NCBI GenBank assembly: GCA_030390025.1
Contig: CM059432.1
Location: 128,404,001-128,468,000, forward strand
DNA: 64,000 bases
Source of the DNA: Squalus acanthias
Taxonomy: Eukaryota
Direction: 5' to 3'
Shown here: positions 1 to 11,989 of the stretch, one piece after another
Layout: every line of letters starts with the position of its first letter
Numbering within the stretch: position 1 is the stretch's first letter
Position numbers and translations under genes: made by a program
The notes under the pieces: model-generated
The model's database searches: none
The model's input: the letters and a program-made list of their open reading frames with translations, nothing else
What the model was told of the DNA's origin: nothing

Positions 1-192
1 GAAGGCAGTAGAGGCCAATTCATTAAATATATTCAAGAAGGAGTTAGATATATTTCTTAAAGCTAAAGGGATATGGGGAGAAGGCAGCGACAGAGTACTG
101 AATTTGGATGATCAGCCATGATCTCATTGAATGGCGGAGCAGGCTCGAGGGGCTGAATGGCCTGCTCCTGCTCCTATTTTCTATGTTACTAT
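1..192 (+). mobile_element. CR1 LINE 3' end (continues upstream of window)
   Basis: 3'UTR module gatcagccatgatctcattgaatggcggagcaggctcgaggggc...ctcctgctcctattttctatgtt, the same type as the CR1 tail at 33710-33795. Confidence 0.9.
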
Positions 193-314
193 ATTACCCC
201 CAACCCCATGAGCCCTAATCTTGTGTAATAAACTTTTATGTGGCACTTTATCGAATGCCTTTTGGAAATCCAAATGTACTACATCCACTAGTTCCCCTTT
301 ATCTACCCTGCTAG
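193..314 (-). mobile_element. CR1 RT fragment
   Basis: Reverse strand encodes the DKGELVDVVHLDFQKAFDKVPHK region. Confidence 0.8.
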
Positions 315-317
315 CTG

Positions 318-2020
318 TGAGAGATTACTGGAATCTATCATCAGGGACAGAGTGACTGAGCACTTGGACAAGCATGAGCTGATCAAAGAAAGTCCGCATG
401 GATCTGTGAAGGGAAGGTCATGTCTAACTAATCTAGTTGAATTTTTTGAGAAGGCCACTAACATGATAGCTAGGGGAGTGTCCATGGATGTTTTCTATAT
501 GGACTTCCAGAATGCATGTGAAGGTTCCACACAAGAGATTATTAGCGAACATGATAGTGCACCAAATTGGAGGTAAACTTGCAACGTGGGTTGGCAATTG
601 GTCAGGAAGTAGGAGACAGAGAATAGGGATAAAGTGAGCATTCTCTGATTGACAGGATGTGACACGTGGTGAGTCCCAGGGATTTATACTGGGGCCTCAG
701 CTTTTCACCATATATTATCTATATAACGGATATCCCGATCCCTACGGGTGGGTACGCGCTGTGCACCCACCCATAGGGACATCGGAAATGCCGGTTTTAG
801 GCATGCACAGCGCATGCGCTTAAAAACCGGCATTTCCGACCTGTCAAGAATCCTCTTGACAGATCCTCCGGCTGCCCTGGAGAAGGGCCTCTGCGGGCGG
901 ATAGTTCCCTTTTTGGCGACCCTCCGCCCGCAGAAAACCCTTACAATTCTTTTTAAAAAAGGTAAGTTTATTTTTAACCCCATAAAATACTTCAATTATT
1001 TTTTTCAAAAAATTAAATTTTTGTTTAAAATACTTAATTTATTGTAATTTCAAGTCATTTTAAAAATGTGATTAAAAAAAAAATGTATTTAAAGTTTTAC
1101 TGTGTTTTTTCATTGATCTCCATTCATATATTTGACAGGTCTTCCTGTCAAATGTATAAAGGGAGATTCCCTTCTGTGATTGGCTCCCCATGGTCCACGT
1201 GATCCCAGGGACGCTGCGAACTACATGCGCCTCTGGGATACGTGGGCCCTGCGCACTTGGAGTTTGGTGAAGCCCAGCATCGGAACTGTGTGCGTCCCGG
1301 GAGCCCTCCGGTAAGGCCGCAGATTTTTCCCGATCGCAGGCCTCGCACCTGCGGGAGGCCTGCGATCGGAAAATACGGGCAAATATGACTTGGATGAAGG
1401 AATAAAGAGTTGTATATCCAAGATGACACTAAGTTAGGATGCACAGTAGTTTGTGTAGATGGGGAGATTGAGTAGACAAAACTGTGGCAGATGGGGTTTA
1501 GTGTGGGGAAGTGTGAGGTCTTTCACTTTGGATCTAAAAGACAAATCTGAGTATTTTCATAATGGTGAGAGCAAAAGGATTTCGGTGACCTTGTACACAA
1601 ATCACTAAAAGCTATAAAAAGTAATCAAAAAGGCTAATGGCCTTTATCTCAAAGAGGTTGGAACACAAAAATTAGGAAGTTATTGGTCAAACCTCATCTG
1701 GGGCACTGCGTTCAGTTTTGGGCACCACACCTTGGGAAAGATATATTGACCCTGGAGGGCCCTGAATCCTGGACTAGATCAAGTTGGGTGGATGAAAGCT
1801 CATGTGGAGCAAAACACCAGCATAGACCAGTTGGGCCGAATGGCCTGGTTTCTATGCTGTAAATTCTATCTAATAAATTTGGTTTGCATTCCCTTGAGTT
1901 TAGAAGGTTTGAAGAATGATCTAATTGAGGTGTTTAAAATAGGAGATTCGATAGGGTAGATACAGAAAAACTATTTCTTCTGGCGGCATCCAGAGCAAGG
2001 GGACATTACTGTTTACAATT
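318..2020 (+). mobile_element. Degenerate CR1 LINE (RT to 3' end), split by a MITE at ~725-1381
   Basis: ORF 352-576 (HG.VKGRSCLTNL.EFF, MDFQ); RT resumes at ~1385 (gacttggatgaagg). Confidence 0.85.
725..1381. mobile_element. Harbinger-like MITE, inverted relative to the 6481 element
   Basis: Interrupts CR1; right end gatcggaaaatacgggc, left end degenerate; reverse complement of ~1175-1250 aligns with ~6600-6680; hairpin at 782-839. Confidence 0.7.
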
Positions 2021-3346
2021 TTTATAATGGGTCCAAAATTCTCCCTCTTTATCTCTCCTGCTAGCAATGTTGCTACCATCTCAGCTGGTGAAATGCGGCT
2101 TTCTTCAGACAATATGCTGCTTGTAAGCTACTGTAATCGTGATTTTGGTGAATTTCCTGTATACTAATGAAAAGTAGAACATGATTTTTGACTACTGTAC
2201 AGTAGAATCTTACTAGTTCTATTTTGAATCCTCAATTCCTTTTTGTTCAGTTTTGGTTTGATAATACTCTATTAATGTCAATTTAAACTTTTTAAAATAC
2301 AAAATGTTTCTATAGTGGCCATTTTGTCATTCTCTTACCCGGGAGTGTCCAAGCTTTTGTTTTCATGCCTGCCTAAGTAGAGACTTGTGGGTCACATATA
2401 AAGTTTAAATCAGTGTTTCAGTTAACTTGCACATATCTCGAGCTCCAAATACTAACCTATCTGATTTAGGATTTACAGTCTACTGAAAGTTTTTTTGTGC
2501 TTAAAAATTTGACTTATCTAATTTTGAATTAAGCAATGTAAATAACATTGCAAAGTAGGAAATTGGTGTCAAAATTAAATTGTTGTAAATCACAGAATGA
2601 TATGGCTCAACCCAGAGCGACAACACATGTTGGCTTCTTTACCCACCTGCCCTATAGTCTTTCCACGTCTGACCATGGACTGTTTGGTGCCTCATCCTGA
2701 GTGGCCACCAGATCTTGCCCCCCATTATCAGCCTGCCCGAGTATGCTCCAGGCACTGTTACTCCTTGCCATCACAGTCCCACATCAAGCCTGGCTTCTGC
2801 TCACAAGGCCCATTCCCTACCCGACTCATGATAATTTCAACATCGTCATGCAAGTTTAGCCTGTTTCAAAAGCCTGGGCTTCACTGGGGTGAGCTTCCAA
2901 ACACACCTGTGCAGCCTGACCAGATACAGCTTACAGAATTTCCCAGCACGCAATCTGCATCAGAATGAGTTGAGATAGAAAGGTGTCGTCTCTCATCCAG
3001 TGACTATTTGAGCGTTTCTTTGCTTTTCCCAAAAGATTTTGAGACAAACTAGAGATTTAAATTCTCAAAGCTTTGTTTCAGACAATCTGACATTTATTTA
3101 AATCTCCTGTGACCTTGCTCACAGTTGGAAGAAATGGCATATCTTTTAGTTGTCTTTGTTGTAATAGGCTGAGAAATATTGCAGCCCCAGCTCTGGCAGA
3201 AGCAAGAACAGATATTAATGTTGCCATTGATTTCAATGGACTGAGATGTTTATACCAACTCATGGATTTCTAAGGTTTCAGAAAAGTTCCAAGGCATTTC
3301 GCATATGGGCGTAAAGAAAATGGATATCGAGCCAGGAAAAGAGAGA

Positions 3347-3996
3347 GAAAAACAGAAAATGCTGGAGATACTCAGCAGGTCAGGCAGCATCTGTGAAGAG
3401 AGAAACAGAGTTAACGTTTCGGGTCGATGACCTTTCATCAGAACTAGAAAAAAGCAGGAAATGGAACAGATTTTTAAGCAAGTGTAGGGGGTGGGAAAGG
3501 GGGGAGGGGATGAAAGAACAAAGGGAAGATCTGTGATAGAATAGAAGGCAGGAGAGGTTAAGAGACATTAAGAGATATTCAAAGCAAAAGGAGATGGTAA
3601 TGGGACAGGTTAAGAAACAAAGGATGGCTCTAGATGAAGTGTAAATTGCGTTGGCAGAATGAAAGACAGCTGCCATGTGGGAGAGAAGAAAAGACACAAA
3701 CAAAAAGTGTGGATAAAAAATATATATAGGATAGGGGCCGAGGTTATGATCTGAAATTGTTGAACTCTATGTTGAGTCCAGAAGGCTGTAAAGTGCCTAA
3801 TCGAAAGATGAAGTGCTGTTCCTCGAGCTTACGCTGAGCTTCAGTGGAACAATGCAAGAGGCTGAGGACGGTGAGGTCTGAGTGGGAGTGGAGCGGAGAA
3901 TTAAAGTGACGGGCGACCGGAAGCTCGGGGTCCCCCTTACGGACTGAACGGAGGTGTTCCGCAAAGCGGTCACCCAATCTGCGTTTGGTCTCCTCA
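3347..3996 (-). mobile_element. Penelope-like element 3' part (GIY-YIG C-terminus + pLTR)
   Basis: ORF 3744-3977 GDRFAEHLRSV..PVARHFNS..LGTLQPSGLN; 13-bp TSD AGGAAAAGAGAGA at 3334-3346 and 3997-4009. Confidence 0.9.
3409..3445 (-). ncRNA. Minimal type I hammerhead ribozyme (Penelope pLTR)
   Basis: Minus strand agtt-CTGATGA-aaggtc atc gaccc-GAAACGTT-aact: intact core, helix II, palindromic ACGT helix III, helix I agtt/aact. Confidence 0.8.
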
Positions 3997-4974
3997 AGGA
4001 AAAGAGAGATTTGGAGGGGTAAGCAAAAGTTTGGCCAAAAAGATAGGGTTTTGAGGTTTTTAAAAGAGGCAGAGGGGTTTTAGGAGGAATTCCAGAGAGT
4101 AGGGCCCATGGTGAAAACTCTGCTGCCATTGGTAAGGTGAATCAGGAGGCACAAGAGGCTAGAGCCAAAGGAATGGAGAATTTGGCTGGAAGTTAGAGAT
4201 CTGGTGAATGTTGTGGAGGTAGGTGGAGCAAGGCCATGGAGGGATTTAAAGGCGAGCGGGGATTTCAAATTTGAGGCACTGGGGAGCAGGGAGCCAATGT
4301 AGGTCAGCAAGAAGGGGAGTTATGGATGGCTGGGACTTAATCCATCTTACTCCACCGGGGTCAGAGGGGTACTATCGATGCCTTCAGCAACATTAAAATA
4401 TGTGCAAACAAAAACCACTCTTAGCTCCGAGTTCTAATTTAACAGCTTGAGCTGTATAAAATGAAATGCCTACATTTTTTCACTACCTGTGCCCAACAGT
4501 TGTTTGTAAATTTAATGCCTGGTTTGTCACACACTGGGTATTAAATTCCACAGGAGAAGGGTGGAGAGTCTTGGAGGCTACAACTCCCATGATGGATCTC
4601 TTTTTCTTTCTCTCACAATTTCTCCACAAGAGCTAGAAGTTTCTGGCTCTTTTCTGCCTGGTTATCATGTGATGTGGGATGTTGTAATGTACAATGGATA
4701 TTGTAGTTCCACAGGAGCAGGGTAAAAACTGTAACTTCCATGATTCATTTCTTCCCCCATGCCCAGAATTGTAAGCAGTAGCTGGAAATCACCAGTCTCT
4801 GGACCAGGTGAAATTTGCAACTCGAACCCCAGGCTCCCCACAGAATGCTTGACCTATGTGGGAAATACTACTTCTGAGCAATTTTAACAGCAAATAACCA
4901 AATTTACAGGTAAATTTAGTGATTTTTTTCAGAATTGTATATTTTTTATGTTATAGATGTTGTTTCTAGCTGTT

Positions 4975-5720
4975 TAGGCTCGAGGCTGCTGAGCAAGAGA
5001 AGGACCTGGGTGTTACAGTGCATGAATCTTAGAAGGTCCACGACTAGTGCTTGAGGCTATTGCAAAAACCAATAGAATGTTGGGATATATTGTCTGGATG
5101 ATTAAATTTTTAAAAATGGAGATACTATACTGCCTCTGTTTAAGGCCTTGGTTAGGCCTTATCTGGAATACTGTATCCATTTCTGGTCCCCTCATTAGGT
5201 GGGTAATGTAGAGGCAGTGGAAAAGGTTTAGAGGAGGGCCATTAAATTGATATCTAGTTTAAAGGCCCTCAGTTACCATGATGAGCTTGGGGATCTGTTT
5301 TTTACCTTTAGAAAAGCGGCGACTTTGAGGAGATTTGATTGAGAACATTTAAAATAATGGGAGGATTAGATTTGATCCATGTGAATAGGGCATTTGAGTA
5401 AGATAGATTAGGGAGGACCAGGAATGAGTAAGATATGTAAGCATAGAACTACATTAGATGTTGGGTATTTCTTGTCGCAGAGTGTTGTCGGCTTCTAGAA
5501 CAAGTTAGCAGCACGTGTAGTGCGTGCATATTGCAAACATTTGAGAGGAAACTGAATGAGTTCCTGAGTGTGACCAATATCACTACAAAAAGAAGATAGT
5601 TGGGTGTTGGGGGCTGTGTTTCTCAGTCACCGTGGTCTCCTGGAACTTGTTTGATCACCTTTTAGGGGGTCACAGAAACTTTTCTTAAACTGGCCTAAGA
5701 TTTTTTTCTTTTATTGCCTC
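4975..5720 (+). mobile_element. Old CR1 LINE 3' fragment
   Basis: Decayed RDLGV, RPYLEYCIHFWSP and ggagatttgattgag motifs. Confidence 0.7.
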
Positions 5721-6480
5721 TTACAGGGATTGCTTGGTTGGCAGCCTTGGGGAAAAGAATTGGGGGATTTGATTTAATTTCTGTTGGTTACTCACTCCAC
5801 ATTTGCTACTTTTTCAGTTGTTCAAGCTTAGTCAATCGGGCGTTTTATTGACTGAAATATGCAATTGTGTGTTACCAGTCACTAATATCTAAGATAAATA
5901 GTTGTTCAGGTCAGCATCCTCTTTAATGTCTATTTGTGGATGTGTACATTTATACTGAAAACATTTATACTGAAAACAATCATAAAATGGTTAAACTGTA
6001 TCCATTTGTACCCATCTTACAATATTTCCTAGTAATTTAGTCAGCAATGCAGTGAAATCCTGTTATGGATCCTGGGTCAGGACGAATATAAGTTTTATAA
6101 AGAAATGCAAATAAAATAGTCTGCCGGAGGTAAAATAGTCTGCAGAAGCTAAGATTGGAATTTGTGAAGTAGCATGAATTGGAAAATGGTGTGAATGTAA
6201 GGTTGGCTAATGACCATCTAGCTGATATTTTTAGTATTTAGTAGTAGAGTGATTTTATAAAACAGAAATATGTGGTGAATGTTGAAATAGGATACAATAG
6301 TTTTTTGTTTGTGTAGTTCAGAGTTGGGCAACATTTTTTTCTATTTGGGACCATATTTTCAGTTGAAACTAAAATATGAGTCGTTAACCAAAAGAAAACC
6401 AGTTGGTGAACAAGGATAGTCAAATATGTTGTGCAGCTTTTATTTATTTCTTGAAAGATCAAGTGGGGGAGTAAGGTACT

Positions 6481-7224
6481 GGCCCAGAAATTGATCTCGC
6501 TCTGTTCCCGCGGGGGTAAGCCTTCCCCGCGATGTCTCACCTCGCTTATGCTTTTTCTGATCCAGCTCGCACGAAATTGATGTTCCAGACATCAGCTGTG
6601 CTGGGCTTGCGTATCCCAGCGGCGTAGTTAATTCGTGCGAGCTGTGGGATCACGTGACTCAGTTAGAGCCAATGGCAGCACACCATCTTCCATTCATAAG
6701 TCTCACAGCATGGCTGTGAGACTTATGAATCTTACACCCCCCAAAATAACAGCTAAACCTCAATTAAATTAAAAAAAAAACCCCATCACATTAATAAAAT
6801 AAGTATAGTTAATTAAATTAACCATTTTAAATAAAAAATTAAATTTTTGAAAAAATTTAAAATCTTTTAAAAAGTTATAAAAATAAACTTACCTGTCTTT
6901 AAAGTCTATAAAAAAGATATACCTGTAAAAAAAAATTCAAAAAAATACTTAATTCACTACTTACCTTCTTAAAAGCGGGTCTTACTCCTCCTTTTTACAT
7001 TTCCAAAATCTTCCCTACTTACCTGCGCGTCCAAAGCATGAAGTGCACAGCGTGCGCGCAGCCTGTAGCGCGCACGCGATGCAGCCAGGCCCCGCCCCCT
7101 TTTCGGAAGAGCAATTGCCGGTTTTCAGCGCATGCGCAGGGCATGCAGAAAACCGGCAATTGGAGTGGGAATACGCGAGAGTACGCAGTGCGTACTCTCG
7201 CGTCCCGGGATCAATTTTCGGCCC
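6481..7224. mobile_element. PIF/Harbinger-like MITE
   Basis: TIRs ggcccagaaattgatc / gatcaattttcggccc; 3-bp TSD ACT (6478-6480, 7225-7227); paralog at 50583-51336. Confidence 0.9.
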
Positions 7225-8182
7225 ACTGTGTCTTTGTCATGGGTTGATGTGAGGTAATGTGATAAGGTTTCTTCCCCTGATTCAGTAGGCCAATTGCATT
7301 GAGATTTACAATTGTAGTGTGAACCACCCATTCATACAGCAGCATTCCTAGCTAATTTAAAAAAAATATGTATTTTAAAATAATAGTGTATTCAAAAGTA
7401 TACAAATTGTTGTTGTATCACATACTTAGCCTACAATAAGATCAATCAGCTTAAGCATACGCAGACTCATCATAGTCAATATCATTCAGTGCTTAACTTC
7501 AAGTGACTTAATATATTTACAGTCTATAACGGTAGCCATTTACATTCTCAGGACAAAATGGTTGAAGAGTATTTAAATTGGCTAGTTCTCTGGAAAAGAA
7601 ATACAGGTTTAAGCCACTGCACCTACATTTTTAAAATGTATATCCTGCTGGCAGGTTTTAAATGAAATTGTGATACAAGGTTCATTTCTGCAGATATTTA
7701 CTGAGTATTTTTATTGAATGGTTATGTAAATCAACATGTTAGTATAACTTTCATATTTTTGATTATCATTCAATAGTTTCACATTTAAATATCTCTTCTG
7801 TTCCCCATTACTATCACCAGAAATTACTGGGCACGTGTGTAGCTCAGCAGCACTATCTAGTGGCAAATGCAGAGTGCATTGTACTGAATGTTCTTAGGAC
7901 TGTAATATTTTAACGGCATTATATCTGCAACTACATAAGATTACCGCTTGCCCTCTGTTTTAGACATTTGCTTACTGTGAGAAGGGATGAATTTGGTAAA
8001 GCCTTTATCTTTGGTAGTTTTGCAGTCTGGATAGCAGCACCGTGTTAAATTCATTAGCTTAAGTATTCAGAGCTCAAGATGATGCTGTATTCAGCTTGGT
8101 AGGGGTGGACTTTCTGGATTAAGGATCCTTAGATTATTATCTAGTATTTGGTAATACTTTGTGATTAAGTTGGTTTTCAATT

Positions 8183-8290
8183 AAAAGAAAAAAAGACTTC
8201 CATTTTATATAGCGCCTTTCATTACCTCTGGATGTCCCAAAGCGCTTTACAGCCAATGAAGACCCTTTGAAATGTTGTCACTGTTGTAAT
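8183..8290 (-). mobile_element. L2-type SINE/LINE 3' tail
   Basis: tttatatagcgcctttc...gtcccaaagcgctttacagccaatgaag; similar copies at 9812, 29755 and 35615. Confidence 0.7.
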
Positions 8291-8699
8291 TATTCAGTTG
8301 ATCAGAGCAGTACTTACAGCTTGACCAATATGTCATTGCAACAAGTGTAACATACATTAAATCAGGATTTATGGTTGTATTTTGGATAGCTGCATGTGGA
8401 AAAACCTTGCATAAATGGCTTTGCTCAATTTTGTAGTTGGTAAATATAAGTACCTCAGTCATTGGAAACAGGATAAGAAATTGTTTTGGCTATTGTGACT
8501 AACTTTCATCAGGTACCCTAAGGCAATGCTGAATTAATACACATACTGACTCTTAAAAAGGGATGCATTCTTGAGGAAACCTCGAACTTGTCTGTACATT
8601 TCTGTGGGAGACTTTATGAATTGTAAAAGTGTAGAATGTAAGCTTAAATTATGCTGATGCAACTCTGATTTAAAAAAAAAACTCTGAGCTTCCATAATG

Positions 8700-9060
8700 C
8701 TCTAAGTTTATCCAGTGAGTAGATGGGCCAGACAGAAGAAAAGTCTCAGATGAAATCCCTGGTCAGTGAAAATTAGTAAATGCCGCATGGAGGTGGGGAA
8801 GGGAGACAGTGATGGGGCTGCTGCAATTGGCCTAAATTCCCCTGGATTACAGAGAGGGATAATTAGATAGTGTTCCTTGGTCTTGAATTTATAACAACAA
8901 CAACAACTTGTATTTATACTGTGAACACTGCTGGAAGCCCAAGTGTGGATGCTGAGTGAGGACAGAACTGAGTTTGGCTTTGATTCACTCTTTCTTCCTC
9001 CTCACACTCATCCCTCTCTCTTTCCCCCACTCCCACAACCAGCCAAATAAAAACTTGAAT
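8700..9060 (+). mobile_element. Old SINE-like repeat (family also at 19070-19500 and 34232/46908)
   Basis: Shared blocks aagtttatccagtgagtag and gtgaggacagaactgagtttggct with the other copies. Confidence 0.55.
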
Positions 9061-9283
9061 AATGTGATAATGTGCTTCTGTTCTTTGTTGGGACTTGTAT
9101 ATGAATAATCACTTAAGCAAAGTACTTAAAGGTGGCTGCTGCCAATGGGACTTTAACCCAAGAAGATCTTGGAAGGGGGAAAGCGCCACGTTGGCATGGT
9201 TCAATATCAATTTGTTGTGTGGGGGGGTAATGTTTATTTTGTATTTTTCTCTGTTAAAATTTGAGCATTTTTCTAACACTTGT

Positions 9284-9502
9284 TGACGTAAGAAAACTAC
9301 TAGGCACGTGGTCTAAGTGTTAAACAAAGCTTTAATCAACTGTTTTACAACATGGAGGTCTAGTTGTGTCCGTCACTAGTTCCAGTTAAGAATGTCCTGC
9401 GCAAGCTGGGCCTGTGCCCGAGTATTTATACTCTCCTTGGACAGCACCACCCGTAGGCCACTCAGTATTATTTTATAAGTCATGAATGACAGATTCATGT
9501 CA
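9284..9502 (-). mobile_element. Solo LTR (219 bp)
   Basis: TG...CA ends with short inverted repeat tgac/gtca; 5-bp TSD CTTGT (9279-9283, 9503-9507); minus-strand TATAAATA (9423-9430) then ATTAAA (9331-9336). Confidence 0.75.
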
Positions 9503-9811
9503 CTTGTCACAGTTTGAAGGCTGTTTCAAGTATTCTGTGACCCAAGTACTTTACTGTTTGGGTCAGCATGCTCAAGTTTAACAGTTAACCCTTAATTGTG
9601 GTACATGGCTCATGGCCCACCATGTTCTTCTGTCTCTTCATAAAGCTGCCAAACCAATATGTTTGTCCAAATTATTTGGGTAGGTTGATTTACAGGTTCA
9701 GTAATGCATAGGAGCAATGAGAGACCACAAGATACAGAATCAGTATAATATTTAAAACAGTAAAAATAGAATTAAAACACAAGGGGTTAAGATATTCTTT
9801 TTATTGGGCAT

Positions 9812-9928
9812 AAAAAAGAAAAGAAAGACTTGCATTTATATAGTGTCTTTCACGACCTCAGGACATCCCAAAGCACACTACAGCCAGTGAAGTACTGTTT
9901 GAAGTGTAGTCACTGTTGTAATGTAGGA
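9812..9928 (-). mobile_element. L2-type SINE 3' tail
   Basis: aagaaagacttgcatttatatagtgtctttcacgacctcaggacatcccaaagc. Confidence 0.7.
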
Positions 9929-10639
9929 TTTTGAATGAAGCAGGTCTGTCTCTCAATAGACATCCCGGATATGATGTGTATACATGGCATACATTCCAGT
10001 TCAACTAAGGAGTTCAGGGTGTCTACAATAACTGAAGTTGAGCGAAGAGGGCTGTAATTTAGATCATGGGACATCTTTGTTACAACATGTTTCTTGACAT
10101 AAACAGAACTGAGCATATCTCATACCTTGTGAGTTGAGGTGATAATGTTTGGATCCTTGCTGCTTCCTCCATACATTTCCGTTAATGGTGTATTCCACTG
10201 CCTGTCGATCTGCGTATGTTAACATTTCAAGTAAGTTGTTACAGCCATACAGTAAACATTTAGAATTAATTAGGAGAAGTTGCAACCGAGAGAGAGAGAC
10301 AGAGAAGACAAGAAGTAGACAAAGGCATTGAAACAAACTAAACCCATTTAGAACAGAAGTTTCCCATTAACTATGCTGACCAGGTTTGATTGCATGCATC
10401 TGATTATGTACATTGGTCATATCTACCACGGAACAATGGAATCCTCCTGGAGAAGTAGCTAGCTAAAGCCAATTTTTGCATCAAATTACATGACAACGAA
10501 ATACAGAAATCTCCCTATTATGCACTTCCTTTCCCTGACAAGTGATCAACTCTAATCTTTTCCAATACCATTCCATGTACCTGGCTACGAGGTTTGTGAG
10601 AGTAGTCAAGGGTTGCTTTTCCTTGCCACTGAGAAAACA

Positions 10640-10742
10640 AATTATGACGAAGGGTCATCGACCTGAAACATTAACTCTGTTTCTCTCTCCACGATGCTGC
10701 CTGACCTGCTGAGTGTTTCCAGTATTTTCTGTTGTTGCTTTT
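10640..10742 (+). mobile_element. Penelope pLTR fragment with decayed hammerhead
   Basis: ATGACGA-agggtcatcgacct-GAAACATT-aact followed by the pLTR tail; catalytic core mutated. Confidence 0.8.
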
Positions 10743-10835
10743 GAAAGATAATCTAAGGTGGAGGAACAAGGCCCACCGTGTAGGACACCACCACAATTGG
10801 AGAGCAAAAAGAGACCAGGCGAAATAGAAAGTAAT

Positions 10836-11784
10836 GGCCCTGAATTCGCGGTCGACGGTGTGGCTAAGGAGTACGCCGCCGACATCCGAACAAAATCCGC
10901 ACTTACCTCGTGCAAATCCCCCCTTTGTGAAGTTGGTTTCAGACGCTGCAGAGTTGTGCGCAGCGTAGTGGCCCACGGATCCCAGGGACGCACCGTTGTG
11001 TGTATGCAAACCGTGGGGCGGTGCTCCTTTCACTTCCTGACTCTTAGCCAATCAGGAAACAGAGAAATCTCCGATAGGACAGCATTAAGCTTTACAGAAA
11101 GTCCATCTAAGCAGCTGACCTTGTTTTATTTTTACTATTCCCACTGCACTTTCCAGGAGATTGCTTCAGCATCTTTCTTTCATCGCATTCGTTTTGATAC
11201 ATTAAACAATTTGATGTCAGCCTTCGGCTTTTAAATCCTGACTATTTAAAAAAAAAAACTCATTTAAAATAATTTAGCAGCCAGAAATGCTATTTTATTG
11301 ATAAATTACGATCATTGTAATAGTATTTAATACACAAACCAAGAGTTCAACATTAATAGAATTCAATCAAACACTGAAAGGTCTTGAGATACTTTTTCTG
11401 AAGGTGTCATTAAAACCATAATACTCGATCAGGATGCTATTTATGGGCTGTACCCAGATTAAAATTATACATTTCTCGTGCTCTCCCTCACCTTACGCTG
11501 TGTAACAGGCTCCTGTGCCTGTTTACACCAGCTGTAAAAATTTTCAGGGTAATTAATCTGCAGTAGGTAGGCAATTGGCTCAACATTTCGCCAGCACGTT
11601 GATTTCAATGGGTGCGTGAAACATGCGGCGAAGCTGACGCGGAGTTGGAACTTGACAGATTGCAAGTTCGGGATTTGGCACATGCGCAAGTGCATGCAGA
11701 GATTCCGAACTTGCGGTCAATTTCAAAGGCGGTATGAAGTTGTACTCTGAGAGTTGCCATCATGGTGACCGCGAATTCAGGGCC
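10836..11784. mobile_element. PIF/Harbinger-like MITE
   Basis: Perfect 18-bp TIR GGCCCTGAATTCGCGGTC; TSD AAT (10833-10835, 11785-11787). Confidence 0.92.
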
Positions 11785-11989
11785 AATGATTTGATACCAT
11801 GTTGTTGCTTACTGGAGTACCTGCACACTTGACTTTAAAAGCGAAGAGTTGAAGAGCTTTTTTGTGGAGCCTAGAAAGCTAAATCAAACTGAACTGAAGC
11901 CCTATAACTATATATAGATTTATCTGGCCTGTTTCTGTGCTGTAATTCTATGCATCTTGTTCCTGTGGATGTGCAAAAGGCACCAAGTA

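Larger units (their letters stand above)
3280..4345 (-). mobile_element. L2 LINE 3' fragment, split by Penelope
   Basis: ORF 4080-4310 carries the L2 C-terminal signature (FKSLHGLAPP, PTLWNS). Confidence 0.75.

Noticed and set aside
4540..4800. Repeated CTACAACTCCCA-like (ZNF143-type) motifs in both orientations
   Set aside because: Too degenerate; probably an old DNA-transposon relic with no definable ends
9930..10260. Possible minus-strand exon pair (84-nt AG..GTATGA exon at ~10126-10209 plus a short intron)
   Set aside because: Weak polypyrimidine tract, no recognisable protein, and the next exon hits stops in the two frames tested
10758..11234. 158-aa ORF
   Set aside because: Crosses the MITE boundary; no domain; explained by GC-rich repeat sequence
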